Assembly: GCA_002010065.2 (NCBI GenBank) | Contig: MTMD02000002.1 | Coordinates: 256,001 to 320,000 of the forward strand | Direction: 5' to 3' | DNA length: 64,000 nucleotides | DNA from: Candidatus Pyrohabitans jungbluthii | GTDB taxonomy: Archaea; Hydrothermarchaeota; Hydrothermarchaeia; Hydrothermarchaeales; BMS3B | Shown here: piece by piece, positions 38,784 to 47,570 of the stretch | How the letters are laid out: every line of letters begins with the position of its first letter | Numbering within the stretch: position 1 is the first letter of the stretch | Notes under the pieces: model-generated | The model's database searches: none | Told to the model about the DNA's origin: nothing | Seen by the model: only the letters and a program-made list of their open reading frames with translations | Translations under genes and position numbers: made by a program

Positions 38784-39854
38784 TTACCTTGCTCCCATCT
38801 TCTTTCCTGCGTTAACCATAACCTTAAGGTTTTCTATGGGCGTGCCCGCGTGCAAGCCACAGCTGGAGGAGACTATGTAACCCTCGCTGCCCGCGCTGGT
38901 TATGCATTTCTCAACATTACCCTCGATCTCGGCGCGGGTGCCTCGATAGATGGTGTCCACAGAGACGTTTCCGAATAGCGCTACGCGGTTACCAACACGG
39001 CGCTTGGCATCGCGCAGGTCAACGCTCTCGTCAACGCTCAAGCAAGAGGCCCCTGTTTTTGCAAGGTCTTCCAGTATTGGTGTGGTGTCACCGCAGATGT
39101 GGATTATAACTTCGCCTCCATACTTGCGCAGCGCAGAGCAAACCTTCTTCTCGTAGGGGTAGGCGAACTCGCGGTAGTGCACAGGCGATATTACCTGGGC
39201 CGCAGCGCTCGGGTCTTCCATCATTATCCCGTGCGTGCCCAAGTCGATCTGTCTCTTACCTATCTCAATCGCCACCTCAGTCATAAACTCAAGCAAGCGG
39301 TGAACCTCTCTAGGCTGGGTTATCATGTCCAGCATGAAGTTCTCCATGCCGCGCATCCACTCTGCGGCGTAGTGAAAGGGCGCTGGAACCTTGCTGCATA
39401 TGTAGACTTCGCCCTTTGTCTTTTCGAGCAAAGCCTTAAGCGGCTCCCACCTCTCGGGCTTATCCAGGTCTGGCATCTCCAGCTTGTCCAGCTCATCGTA
39501 GCTTTTAAGCGCCGGCTCCTTAACCGCGGGTCCACCCTCCAGGGGTATCTTCAGGGTAGTGCCCAGCTCAGTAGGGAGCACCACAAAGCCATTCTCCACC
39601 CGCATTGCTCGCCTTTCCTCTCTTGTAATCCCCTGGATGGGCTGGTGGTTGAATATCCAGTCGTAGCCATAGAGGCGCCATGCCTTGAGCTGGCCCTTAA
39701 CGTAAAGCTTGTTGTCTGTGACGTACTCCCAGGGTTTAACCCCCAGCACACGGGAAGCGTGGGGCACATTTACCATCGGCGCTACTGGCACGCGGTCAGG
39801 CGTGCCGCGCTGCATGGCTTCGCGGAACCTCTTTAACGAGTTCACGCTTCCCAC
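38784..39854 (-). CDS. MtaA/CmuA-family (URO-D fold) methylcobamide:thiol methyltransferase
   Basis: DRVPVAP, MRGMENF, Zn motif HICG...SSSCG, LFGNV. Confidence 0.87.
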   Translation of the reverse strand: MGSVNSLKRFREAMQRGTPDRVPVAPMVNVPHASRVLGVKPWEYVTDNKLYVKGQLKAWRLYGYDWIFNHQPIQGITREERRAMRVENGFVVLPTELGTTLKIPLEGGPAVKEPALKSYDELDKLEMPDLDKPERWEPLKALLEKTKGEVYICSKVPAPFHYAAEWMRGMENFMLDMITQPREVHRLLEFMTEVAIEIGKRQIDLGTHGIMMEDPSAAAQVISPVHYREFAYPYEKKVCSALRKYGGEVIIHICGDTTPILEDLAKTGASCLSVDESVDLRDAKRRVGNRVALFGNVSVDTIYRGTRAEIEGNVEKCITSAGSEGYIVSSSCGLHAGTPIENLKVMVNAGKKMGAR

Positions 39855-40479
39855 GCTCCTTCATAAGCTTCTCGCACAGCTTAACCGCTTTAGCGGCATC
39901 GCTTGCGTAGCCGTCGGCGCCAATCTCGCGGGCGTAACTTTCGCTCGCCGCCGCGCCGCCTATAATCACGAGCACATCATCGCGCAGTCCTGCCTCTTCC
40001 AGTGCTTCGATGACCTCCCGCATCTTGACTATCGTTGTTGACATCATCGCCGAAAGCCCGAGAATGTCTGGCTTGTACTTGCGTGTCTCCTCAACAAAAA
40101 CCTGCGTCGGCACATCTCTACCGAGATTCTTAACCTCGAAGCCAGCGCCTTCCAGGAACATGGACACGAGGTTCTTGCCTATATCGTGCACATCGCCGGC
40201 GACGGTGCCAATGAGCACCTTACCTTGAACCTCGACTTTATCGTAGTTGAGCAGGGGGCGAATAATGTCCAAACCTCGCTGCATCGCGTGCGCACTGAGC
40301 AGCGTCTCAGGTACATAGTAAACCCTGCGCTCAAAGAGGTCGCTGACCACCTCCATGCCTGAGATCATGTCTTTTAGGATGTCGTTCGCAGCTTCGCCGT
40401 GTTCAAGGGCAGCGTTGACAAGCTCCTCAATTTCGTATATTTTCCCTTCAATTACCGCCTTCTTTATCTCTTCGCCCAT
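39796..40479 (-). CDS. Methyltransferase cognate corrinoid protein (MtaC/MttC-like)
   Basis: Cap domain, GDVHDIGKN (DxHxxG), LSAMMSTT, IIGGA, GADGYASDA. Confidence 0.93.
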   Translation of the reverse strand: MGEEIKKAVIEGKIYEIEELVNAALEHGEAANDILKDMISGMEVVSDLFERRVYYVPETLLSAHAMQRGLDIIRPLLNYDKVEVQGKVLIGTVAGDVHDIGKNLVSMFLEGAGFEVKNLGRDVPTQVFVEETRKYKPDILGLSAMMSTTIVKMREVIEALEEAGLRDDVLVIIGGAAASESYAREIGADGYASDAAKAVKLCEKLMKERGKRELVKEVPRSHAARHA

Positions 40480-40529
40480 GTCGATAACCAGCAGAAAAGC
40501 TAACGTTTGGAATAGCTCTTAAAAGATGT

Positions 40530-40949
40530 TTAAGAAAATTTTAATTGTCTACCTTGCAGGATATGCTCCACCTCCACCCCGCGCTTCTCGAGCTCCTCGG
40601 CTATGAACCTGCGGTGGCAGTAGCGCGGGTTTTCTTCAAGGCACATTATCACCACCCTCCTAAGTCTAGCGCGTTCAATAAGCTCCTTCAGCCCGCGCTT
40701 AAATTCTTCCGTGGCAGTATAAGCGAGGTAGCTTGGTTTGCGGTAACCCCCCAGAGCCTTTAAGTGGTGGTAGGCGATGCCCGCACTTTCAAGGTGTTCC
40801 TTTAACTTCTCCTGCTTGAAATCCTCCTTCTTCGATGTGGGGAAGCTGCGTACATCGATGAGTTCCTCAATCCCGAGGCTTTTTAGGGTGCTGATAAAAT
40901 CGGAGATGCTCATCTTCGCATAGCCTATTGTAAACACCTTCATACTCAT
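40530..40949 (-). CDS. DUF488 family protein
   Basis: FTIGY, LIDVRSFPTS, LGGYR, MCLE...CHRRFIA. Confidence 0.88.
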   Translation of the reverse strand: MSMKVFTIGYAKMSISDFISTLKSLGIEELIDVRSFPTSKKEDFKQEKLKEHLESAGIAYHHLKALGGYRKPSYLAYTATEEFKRGLKELIERARLRRVVIMCLEENPRYCHRRFIAEELEKRGVEVEHILQGRQLKFS

Positions 40950-41014
40950 ACTCCGTCACCCTATCGCTTCGCGAGACGGGTAACTCCGTCACCCGAAACT
41001 GCGTTCCGGGTAAC
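40950..41014. repeat. Two tandem hairpins GTCACCC-Nx-GGGTAAC; 12-bp direct repeat ACTCCGTCACCC
   Basis: Hairpins at 40955-40984 and 40988-41014; direct repeats at 40950 and 40983. Confidence 0.7.
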
Positions 41015-41797
41015 CCAGCAGCCGTTCAGAAGCATCTCCAGCTTGGGGTGGGTGAATGAAGTGTAGTCCAGAATCAGGAGGTCCTTATTCTCGCCGAGAA
41101 TGGTGTCCACATAGCCGTACCAGTACACAACTATGCCAGGACCAAAGTTTTTTATGTAGTGGGAGAGCTGCTTCCTCATATAGAGCTTGTGCTCTTCCTC
41201 GTCTGCGAAAACTGCCTTGCTTTCCACCCACGCTACGCGCATTCCGAGGATTCTCAAGCCACTGACCAAGAAGTCGGGGGTCTTTGCTCCTGCCATCTTG
41301 ACCATACTGTCCTCGCTTATAAAGGCCGCGCCTCTGCTGCGAAGCCAAGCTTTAATTATCTCCTCTCCCAGCTCTCCGCGAATGCGCTGCCTTTCGTGGG
41401 CTTGCCTGGAGAATACAAAATCCCTAGCCTGAGCATCAGCTAACTCCATATCCAGCCTCTCATTGCCGGAGCCCTCGCCATTGAGGGCAAGCCTCTTCAC
41501 CTTCTTCCTGGAGAAACCCATGGCAGAGAGCAAAAAGCGAGCGATGAGTACGGGTGGGAAGTTCCTCTCTTCGGCGATTTCCACAATGCTCTTGCCAGCC
41601 TCCCACTCTGCAAGAAGCTCCTCTTTACGCTTCTCCAAGAGGTGGTAGCTCTCCTTTACGCTTCTAACAACCTTCAGGTTGAGCACAGCTTCCAGCACAC
41701 CCTCTGGCAGGCGAAGCTTCTTAGCGTAAATGCACGCATCCTCTGGAGAACTTACCAAGGAGTATATATGCCGGTACTCCTCTTTCCTGAGGGGCAT
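40961..41797 (-). CDS. C15orf41/CDIN1-like (TPD domain) PD-(D/E)xK nuclease family protein
   Basis: KTPDFL, WVESKAVF, QLSHYIKNFGPGIVVYWYG; start set at ATG 41797. Confidence 0.82.
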   Translation of the reverse strand: MPLRKEEYRHIYSLVSSPEDACIYAKKLRLPEGVLEAVLNLKVVRSVKESYHLLEKRKEELLAEWEAGKSIVEIAEERNFPPVLIARFLLSAMGFSRKKVKRLALNGEGSGNERLDMELADAQARDFVFSRQAHERQRIRGELGEEIIKAWLRSRGAAFISEDSMVKMAGAKTPDFLVSGLRILGMRVAWVESKAVFADEEEHKLYMRKQLSHYIKNFGPGIVVYWYGYVDTILGENKDLLILDYTSFTHPKLEMLLNGCWVTRNAVSGDGVTRLAKR

Positions 41798-41859
41798 TTT
41801 TATAACCCCCAAGGTTAACGCTGGAAAAATACAAAAGGCGGGCAGAGGGATAAGAAAAC

Positions 41860-42213
41860 ATGCGCTATTTAATTCACACCTCAAGCGGTGACTTTGTGTG
41901 CAGGGCGAAGCTTGCGGATACCTTCTTCGCCCGTGCTATAGGTTTGATGTTCAGGCGGGATTTAGCTAGAGATGAGGGGCTGCTGATAAAGTTCCCGGGC
42001 TACGCAAAAGGTGCAGCAATCCACTCCTTCTTCATGCGCTTTCCCATAGACCTCTACTTTATTGGCGAGGATATGCGCGTAGTTGAGCACGCGACGCTTA
42101 AGCCGTGGAGCTGGTACAAGCCAAGCAAGGCTTGCACCTATGTGCTTGAGGTAAAAGCGGGGAGCGTCGCTTTAAAGCCAGGGGAGAGGCTGAGGCTCAC
42201 CCCTCTGCCCTGA
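41860..42213 (+). CDS. DUF192 family protein
   Basis: ADTFFARAIGLMFR, IHSFFMRFPID, YVLEV. Confidence 0.9.
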   Translation: MRYLIHTSSGDFVCRAKLADTFFARAIGLMFRRDLARDEGLLIKFPGYAKGAAIHSFFMRFPIDLYFIGEDMRVVEHATLKPWSWYKPSKACTYVLEVKAGSVALKPGERLRLTPLP

Positions 42214-44245
42214 ACCTGCGCAGCAGGAAGGTGTAGAACTCCTCCCCGCTCTTCCTGCTCAGCCTTTCAAGTATGAGCTCTGGCGTGGAGCGCGCGAGCT
42301 TTCCCAGCACTGGGTTGCGGTCGACGATGAGGTTCAGGTTCTCATCTAAGCCCTTAGCCTCAATGCCGTCGATGCGCACGCTGGGCAAGCCCAGGCTGAG
42401 GAGCTCTTCCCCCAGGTGGGTTACAATCGCCACAAGTGTGCCGCTATCGCGGGAGAACCACTCCAGCATGGCTGCGATAATCTTCGCCGCGGCTCCAGGT
42501 TCAGTCACCGCCTCTATCTCGTCGGCCAGAATAAGCCTACGCTCAGCCTTGGAGGCTGCTATCCCCGCGAAGCTCCTGAGAAGCGACTCAAAGGCACCTG
42601 CTCCGCTTTCTCCGCGCCGCTTTGCAAAGAAGTAGAGCTTTTGCAACAGTGGTACCTCGGCACTCTCCGCGAGCACAGGCAAGCCGGACTGAGCCATTAT
42701 CTGCACCTGGGCTATGGTCTCGAGAAGCGTAGTTTTGCCCCCCGAGTTCGCGCCGGTGATAACAGCGATTCTCTTGCTGTTAAAACCAAGCTCATAGCTC
42801 ACCGGCTGGGGTTGAGAGGAGGCGCTAAGCAAAAGGTGGCGCGCATTCACAAAGCGAAGCCTCATGGCTTCGCTCACCTTTGCCTGAGTTGCGGAGTAGC
42901 GCAGACTGAAGCTTCCCAGCGCTAGGAGGTAGTCAAGCTCAAGGGCAAGCTCAACGCTGCGTTTTACGCCTGCTACCTTGCTCGCCAGCTTAACAGCAAG
43001 CTCCCTCTTTGCCGCAAAGCTACGGCGTGAAGCCTCGGCGCTGAGCCACGCTTCCACGTCTGCGCTCCTTTCAGGGTTGAGTTCTATGGGATAGGAGACA
43101 GAAAATAAGCCTGCGAACCTCAGCGCCTCACTGCTTAAGCGGAGCCTCTCCGCAAGCTTCGCCTCGTATTCCTCCGCCACCTCTGCTATAACCTCGCGAA
43201 GCTCCTCCGGCAGGTAGCTTCCGGGCGAGGCGCTTATCCTAGCAAGCAGGTCAAGCATCTCTGCGCCGCGAATTGCCACGCCCCGCTTCTCCACACGGCG
43301 CTCAACCTCGCGGTTTGCCTCTTCCACGCAAGCTTCGCTGAGAAGTGCAAAATTAGCGCTGGCATAGGCGTAGGGGTTCTCATCCTCCTTCAGCCTTTTG
43401 ATCCTCTCTGCGATGCGTGCAAGCTCTTCGCCACTCAGGTGCTCCTTACCTATGAGGCGGAGTCTCTCCTCTCCGACTATAGCGAGCACCTCTGCACAGG
43501 TCTCAATCACACTGAGGTTCTCCTCAAAGAAGGATAGGGTAAGCTCGGGAAGAGCTTCAGGCTCTGAGAAATCTGGGAATACCTCCGCATTGGCAGCACC
43601 GCCCAGCATGGAGGCGTAGCCTTTGCTTCCCTGAATATAGCGCACCAGCTCGAAACTGCGCAGCGCTTCCAGGTCTTCTGGGCTCTCTACCAGGAGTACC
43701 TCTATGATGCCTCTGTACTTAGATGATAGCTCCTGGTAGAGTTCCTCGTCCTCCACTGCGAGCACCTGCGAAGCCACCCTCACGTTTCGAGGGGTTTTCG
43801 GATAGCCCATGCCCTTAAGCAGGCGACGAACCTCGCGAAGCTTCTCTGCGCCCAGCGCCTTCGCAAGCTTTACACCCAGCGCAACGTCGCGACGCAGCAC
43901 CTCCAAGCTATTTTCAGACGCCACAGGGTAGAAAAGCGAGAGCTTCGCCTTAGCGTAGCTCGTGCATGCCTCTTTGCGCAAAGCTTCGAGCACCTGCGCG
44001 TATATCTGCCTAGCCTCCGGGGTGGCTAGTATGTCGGCATACTCCACCCCCGTAACCCTTGAAAAAATCTCTCTTGCTATTTCCACCTGCTTCGCTGGCG
44101 CTACGCTGGAAGAGAAGAGCTCATAGAACCTGAGGGAAGCGAAGGAGCGCAGCGCCCTGGCTTCGCTGCCATAGGCTGAGATAAGCTCGGCCCTTACCTT
44201 CTCTCCCACACCTTTTATATCTCTCAGGCTTGTGAGCATGCTCAC
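42197..44245 (-). CDS. Archaeal MutS2/MutS5-like ATPase with N-terminal HhH
   Basis: IKGVGEK; TGANSGGKTT; AGAFES; DEIEAVTEPGAA; VTHL. Confidence 0.88.
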   Translation of the reverse strand: MSMLTSLRDIKGVGEKVRAELISAYGSEARALRSFASLRFYELFSSSVAPAKQVEIAREIFSRVTGVEYADILATPEARQIYAQVLEALRKEACTSYAKAKLSLFYPVASENSLEVLRRDVALGVKLAKALGAEKLREVRRLLKGMGYPKTPRNVRVASQVLAVEDEELYQELSSKYRGIIEVLLVESPEDLEALRSFELVRYIQGSKGYASMLGGAANAEVFPDFSEPEALPELTLSFFEENLSVIETCAEVLAIVGEERLRLIGKEHLSGEELARIAERIKRLKEDENPYAYASANFALLSEACVEEANREVERRVEKRGVAIRGAEMLDLLARISASPGSYLPEELREVIAEVAEEYEAKLAERLRLSSEALRFAGLFSVSYPIELNPERSADVEAWLSAEASRRSFAAKRELAVKLASKVAGVKRSVELALELDYLLALGSFSLRYSATQAKVSEAMRLRFVNARHLLLSASSQPQPVSYELGFNSKRIAVITGANSGGKTTLLETIAQVQIMAQSGLPVLAESAEVPLLQKLYFFAKRRGESGAGAFESLLRSFAGIAASKAERRLILADEIEAVTEPGAAAKIIAAMLEWFSRDSGTLVAIVTHLGEELLSLGLPSVRIDGIEAKGLDENLNLIVDRNPVLGKLARSTPELILERLSRKSGEEFYTFLLRRFRAEG

Positions 44246-45609
44246 CTCTCCCAGGGGAACCTGGGGTCGAGGTACTCAGCTAAGCTGGGCAGCGCCTCTT
44301 CAACCAAGCAATTATCGCCCACCAGCACCTCTGCTCCTGCCTCCAGTGCCCTTGCCACGTGACTGGGCACTCCCCTCTCTCTCAGCTTGCCCGCGTCTAT
44401 GAAATCTTTCAGTAACTCATCAGCGCGAACATGCTTTCGCTTCAGGTACACAACCCACCTGTCGCCGCGAATGAATGGTCTGGAAAGCGTGTTTTCCCCA
44501 CCGACGTACTTCTTCAGGAACCTCGGCTCATGCGGAGAGTTCACCTTTGGACCCAAGTGGAGCTTAACAGCGGGTATCTCTGTGCTCGTGAGCTCAAAGA
44601 ATAGCAGCGTCTTTTCACCCACATGAAAGGCGCTGCCCACGACACCGAAATCCTCATTGCGCAGTACAGCTTCGAAGAAGCGCTGGGCTTTTCTCAGCTG
44701 GGGGTACAGGATGTCGTCCACCACGTGGGGGGTGGGAAAGCTCAGCGCTATAAGCGCAGTCCCTCTCTGCCTGAGCAGCTCTCGCAGCGCCTGCTCGCTA
44801 ACCTCCCTCTCCCGGGGGAAGAAGAACTCCAGCCTCGGGTTTGCCAGGTACTCCTTAGCAGCATAGATAAACTCGCTGAACCTCTGCAGAGAGAGCGCCG
44901 CCGCAACGTTGCGGTTCTCGTCAACGGGATCGAGGAAGATGAGCGGTGAGGAGAACTTCCTTCGCACTGCCTTCTCGTCAACATCGCCGCGAAGCGAGAG
45001 CACTTCTCCTCGCTTAAAGTGCTTCGCGGCTTCAAGCACGCGAATAAAGCTTCCAAACTTTATCACCAGAAGCTCGCACAGATAGCCCGAGAATCCCTCC
45101 ACCTTCGCCTCGGCGCCGTAGCAGCCTATGCCCTTGAGAAACTGCTTTAACAGGCGAACTTCGTTTTCCAGGCCGGATATACGCTTCTTAACATAGTCGT
45201 TGTGGAAAGGCGTTCTATCTACAGCGCTCTTCAGGTAGCTCGTGTCTTTTATAGCATAGCACGGCACAAGCTCAACGTCATAGCCGCGAAACTCTCCCCT
45301 GACATACGGATGCTCCGCATACCTCTTCTCCACCCTCTTCAATACCCGCGAAGCTATGCTCGTGACTATGCGCTCCATCTCTTCCTTGGAGTACTCCTCC
45401 GGGAAGAAAATAAAAACGTCCAGATCCTTCTGATAGCGCAGCCAGGTGCCTCGAGAGGCGGAGCCCAAGAGGCGTGCATAAAGGCGGCGATCGTACTGCG
45501 AGGCTTCAGAGTCTATGCGTGCAACCAGCTCCTTCTCCACCTCTCTTAGCTTAGCCTCCTCCTCCGGGGTGGGCACTATCCTGCTGAGCACCTCCTCAAT
45601 AACCTGCAT
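44242..45609 (-). CDS. cca: CCA tRNA nucleotidyltransferase (class I)
   Basis: GSASRGTWL...DLDVF, YAEHPY, SAVDRTPFH, GFSGYLCELL. Confidence 0.95.
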   Translation of the reverse strand: MQVIEEVLSRIVPTPEEEAKLREVEKELVARIDSEASQYDRRLYARLLGSASRGTWLRYQKDLDVFIFFPEEYSKEEMERIVTSIASRVLKRVEKRYAEHPYVRGEFRGYDVELVPCYAIKDTSYLKSAVDRTPFHNDYVKKRISGLENEVRLLKQFLKGIGCYGAEAKVEGFSGYLCELLVIKFGSFIRVLEAAKHFKRGEVLSLRGDVDEKAVRRKFSSPLIFLDPVDENRNVAAALSLQRFSEFIYAAKEYLANPRLEFFFPREREVSEQALRELLRQRGTALIALSFPTPHVVDDILYPQLRKAQRFFEAVLRNEDFGVVGSAFHVGEKTLLFFELTSTEIPAVKLHLGPKVNSPHEPRFLKKYVGGENTLSRPFIRGDRWVVYLKRKHVRADELLKDFIDAGKLRERGVPSHVARALEAGAEVLVGDNCLVEEALPSLAEYLDPRFPWER

Positions 45610-45639
45610 GGGTTAAGATATGCAGAGAAAAATAAAAGG

Positions 45640-46689
45640 TTATTCCCTCTCCTGCCTGTAGAGGTATATGTCCATCTTGGGGTAGGGAATCTCTATTCCC
45701 TCCTCTGCAAAGCGGCGGTAAATTTCGCTGTTCAGATAGTGCACCGCTCTGCCCTTATAGCGGGGCTCAATAACCCAGCAGAGGAGCTCGAACTCTAAAC
45801 CTGAGTCGCCGAATCTGCGGAAGCGCACCCTCGGCGAGGGCTTCTCAACAACGTATTCATTCTTCAGGGCTATCTCCTTAAGGAGTTCCTCCACTCTGTC
45901 AATATCACTCCCGTAGGCGACGCTTATTGGAACGCGCACCCTGAACCGCGGCTGAGGGGCGCTCTCATTTATTATCTTTGAGCTGGCGATTATTGAATTG
46001 GGAATGCTTATCAGCACGTCGTCGCGGGTTTTAATCTTTGTGCTTCTCAGCCCTATCTCCACAACCTCCCCGCGCTCGCCTGAGTCTAGGATTATGTAGT
46101 CCCCGATTTTAAAGGGCTTATCCATAAAGATGCTCACCCCGCCGAAGAAGTTAGCTATGGTGTCCTTCGCTGCAAAGGCGACGGCGAAGCCCGCGATGCC
46201 AGCGGATGCGAGTATTGGGGTTATATCCTTTTCCCATACGGAGAGCAGCACCATCGCAGCGCCGGCGAGAAGCACCGCCTTGGCAATATTCTCCAGCAGG
46301 GGGACAAGTTCCTTCCCCAAGCCTGTGACGTCCACGATACGCACCGCTAAGCCGGTGAAGATAATAGAGATGGAGCGGTATAGTGCGACAACCCAGAGGA
46401 GAACCGCCGCAGATTTTAGCAGGTTTACAGTGTATAACTCAACCTGCGCAGGAGGCTGGAGATAGCGCACCGCCTGCACTGCGCCGAAAAGTACTATGGA
46501 CACGAAAAGGGGGCGGTGTAGTATCTCCACCAGGCGGTCGTCGAAGGTGAAGCGGGTGCGCGCTGTTATTCGCGAAAGTCCGCGGGTGACGAGCAGGTCA
46601 ACGAGCTTCGCCCCCACTATGGAGGCGAGGAGCAGAACCCCTGCGTTGAAGTATTTCGAGGCTGTAAGCTCAAAAAGCGCTGGGTCCAT
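45640..46689 (-). CDS. Small-conductance mechanosensitive channel (MscS family)
   Basis: AFAAKDTIANFFGG, PFKIGD, GEVVEIGLRST, IPNS, EIPYP. Confidence 0.93.
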   Translation of the reverse strand: MDPALFELTASKYFNAGVLLLASIVGAKLVDLLVTRGLSRITARTRFTFDDRLVEILHRPLFVSIVLFGAVQAVRYLQPPAQVELYTVNLLKSAAVLLWVVALYRSISIIFTGLAVRIVDVTGLGKELVPLLENIAKAVLLAGAAMVLLSVWEKDITPILASAGIAGFAVAFAAKDTIANFFGGVSIFMDKPFKIGDYIILDSGERGEVVEIGLRSTKIKTRDDVLISIPNSIIASSKIINESAPQPRFRVRVPISVAYGSDIDRVEELLKEIALKNEYVVEKPSPRVRFRRFGDSGLEFELLCWVIEPRYKGRAVHYLNSEIYRRFAEEGIEIPYPKMDIYLYRQERE

Positions 46690-46733
46690 GAGAAAAAGGT
46701 GGTGGAGGGGGGATATAAAGGTTTGGTGGCTGC

Positions 46734-47534
46734 TTAAACAACCGCCAAAACCCCGGCGAGCACCGCAAGGGCGCCGAAAAACGCGCAGAAGTACTCGAAT
46801 CGCAGCTTCCTCGCAGCGCCCAGCAGGAATCTTATTCCTACCAAGCTTGCGACGAAGGATGAGGCAAAGCCTGCGGTGAGCACTTCTAAGCTCAGTGTTT
46901 CAAACCCTCCGGCAAGCGCGGAAAGCAGGTTTACTCCGGCTATCGCCGGAATAGCCATTAAGAAGGAGAGTCTCAGCGCCTCCTCGCTGCGGAAGCGCAG
47001 CATTAGCAGGGCAGCGACTGTGATACCTGAGCGGGAGATTCCGGGCACCACAGCTATAGCCTGGGCTATGCCGGCGATGAGCATGTCTCTACGCATGGCA
47101 CTCTCCACGCCTTTTGTACCTGTGGCTGGCGAAAAGTGAAGCAGCAAAGCGGTGGCAAGAAGCGCAAAACCTATTATTAAATTAACGCCCTCACCAAGAG
47201 TGGCGAAGCTCTCCCTCGCCATGAAGTACAGGGGTACGCCGACAACGCCTGTGGCAAGGGTGGAGTAAATTAAGAAGATGAGGGTGCCCCTCTCCCTTGA
47301 GCCTGCGCTTCTGGATGTTGCAGAGAGAAGCATGTCTTTGATATCCCTACGAAAGTAAACCAGCACCGCCAGGAGGCTGCCCAGGTGGAGGAAGAAGGCG
47401 ACGTCCAGCGCGGAGAGCGCATCCACGCCGAGCAGGTTCACCATCGCAAGCATTGCCTGACCAGAACTGCTTATGGGCAGCCACTCTGCTATGCCCTGGA
47501 GTATGCCGAGCAGTGCAGCCTGAGCTAAATCCAT
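46734..47534 (-). CDS. uppP: Undecaprenyl/polyprenyl-diphosphate phosphatase (BacA family)
   Basis: QGIAEWLPISSSG, PGISRSG, SFLMAIP. Confidence 0.9.
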   Translation of the reverse strand: MDLAQAALLGILQGIAEWLPISSSGQAMLAMVNLLGVDALSALDVAFFLHLGSLLAVLVYFRRDIKDMLLSATSRSAGSRERGTLIFLIYSTLATGVVGVPLYFMARESFATLGEGVNLIIGFALLATALLLHFSPATGTKGVESAMRRDMLIAGIAQAIAVVPGISRSGITVAALLMLRFRSEEALRLSFLMAIPAIAGVNLLSALAGGFETLSLEVLTAGFASSFVASLVGIRFLLGAARKLRFEYFCAFFGALAVLAGVLAVV

Positions 47535-47570
47535 GCACAGAGCTTGTGGCGATGCTATTAAAAGCTTCTG

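Noticed and set aside
38784-40479. Pyrrolysine-containing methylamine methyltransferase
   Set aside because: No MtmB/MtbB/MttB-like gene or in-frame TAG at this locus.
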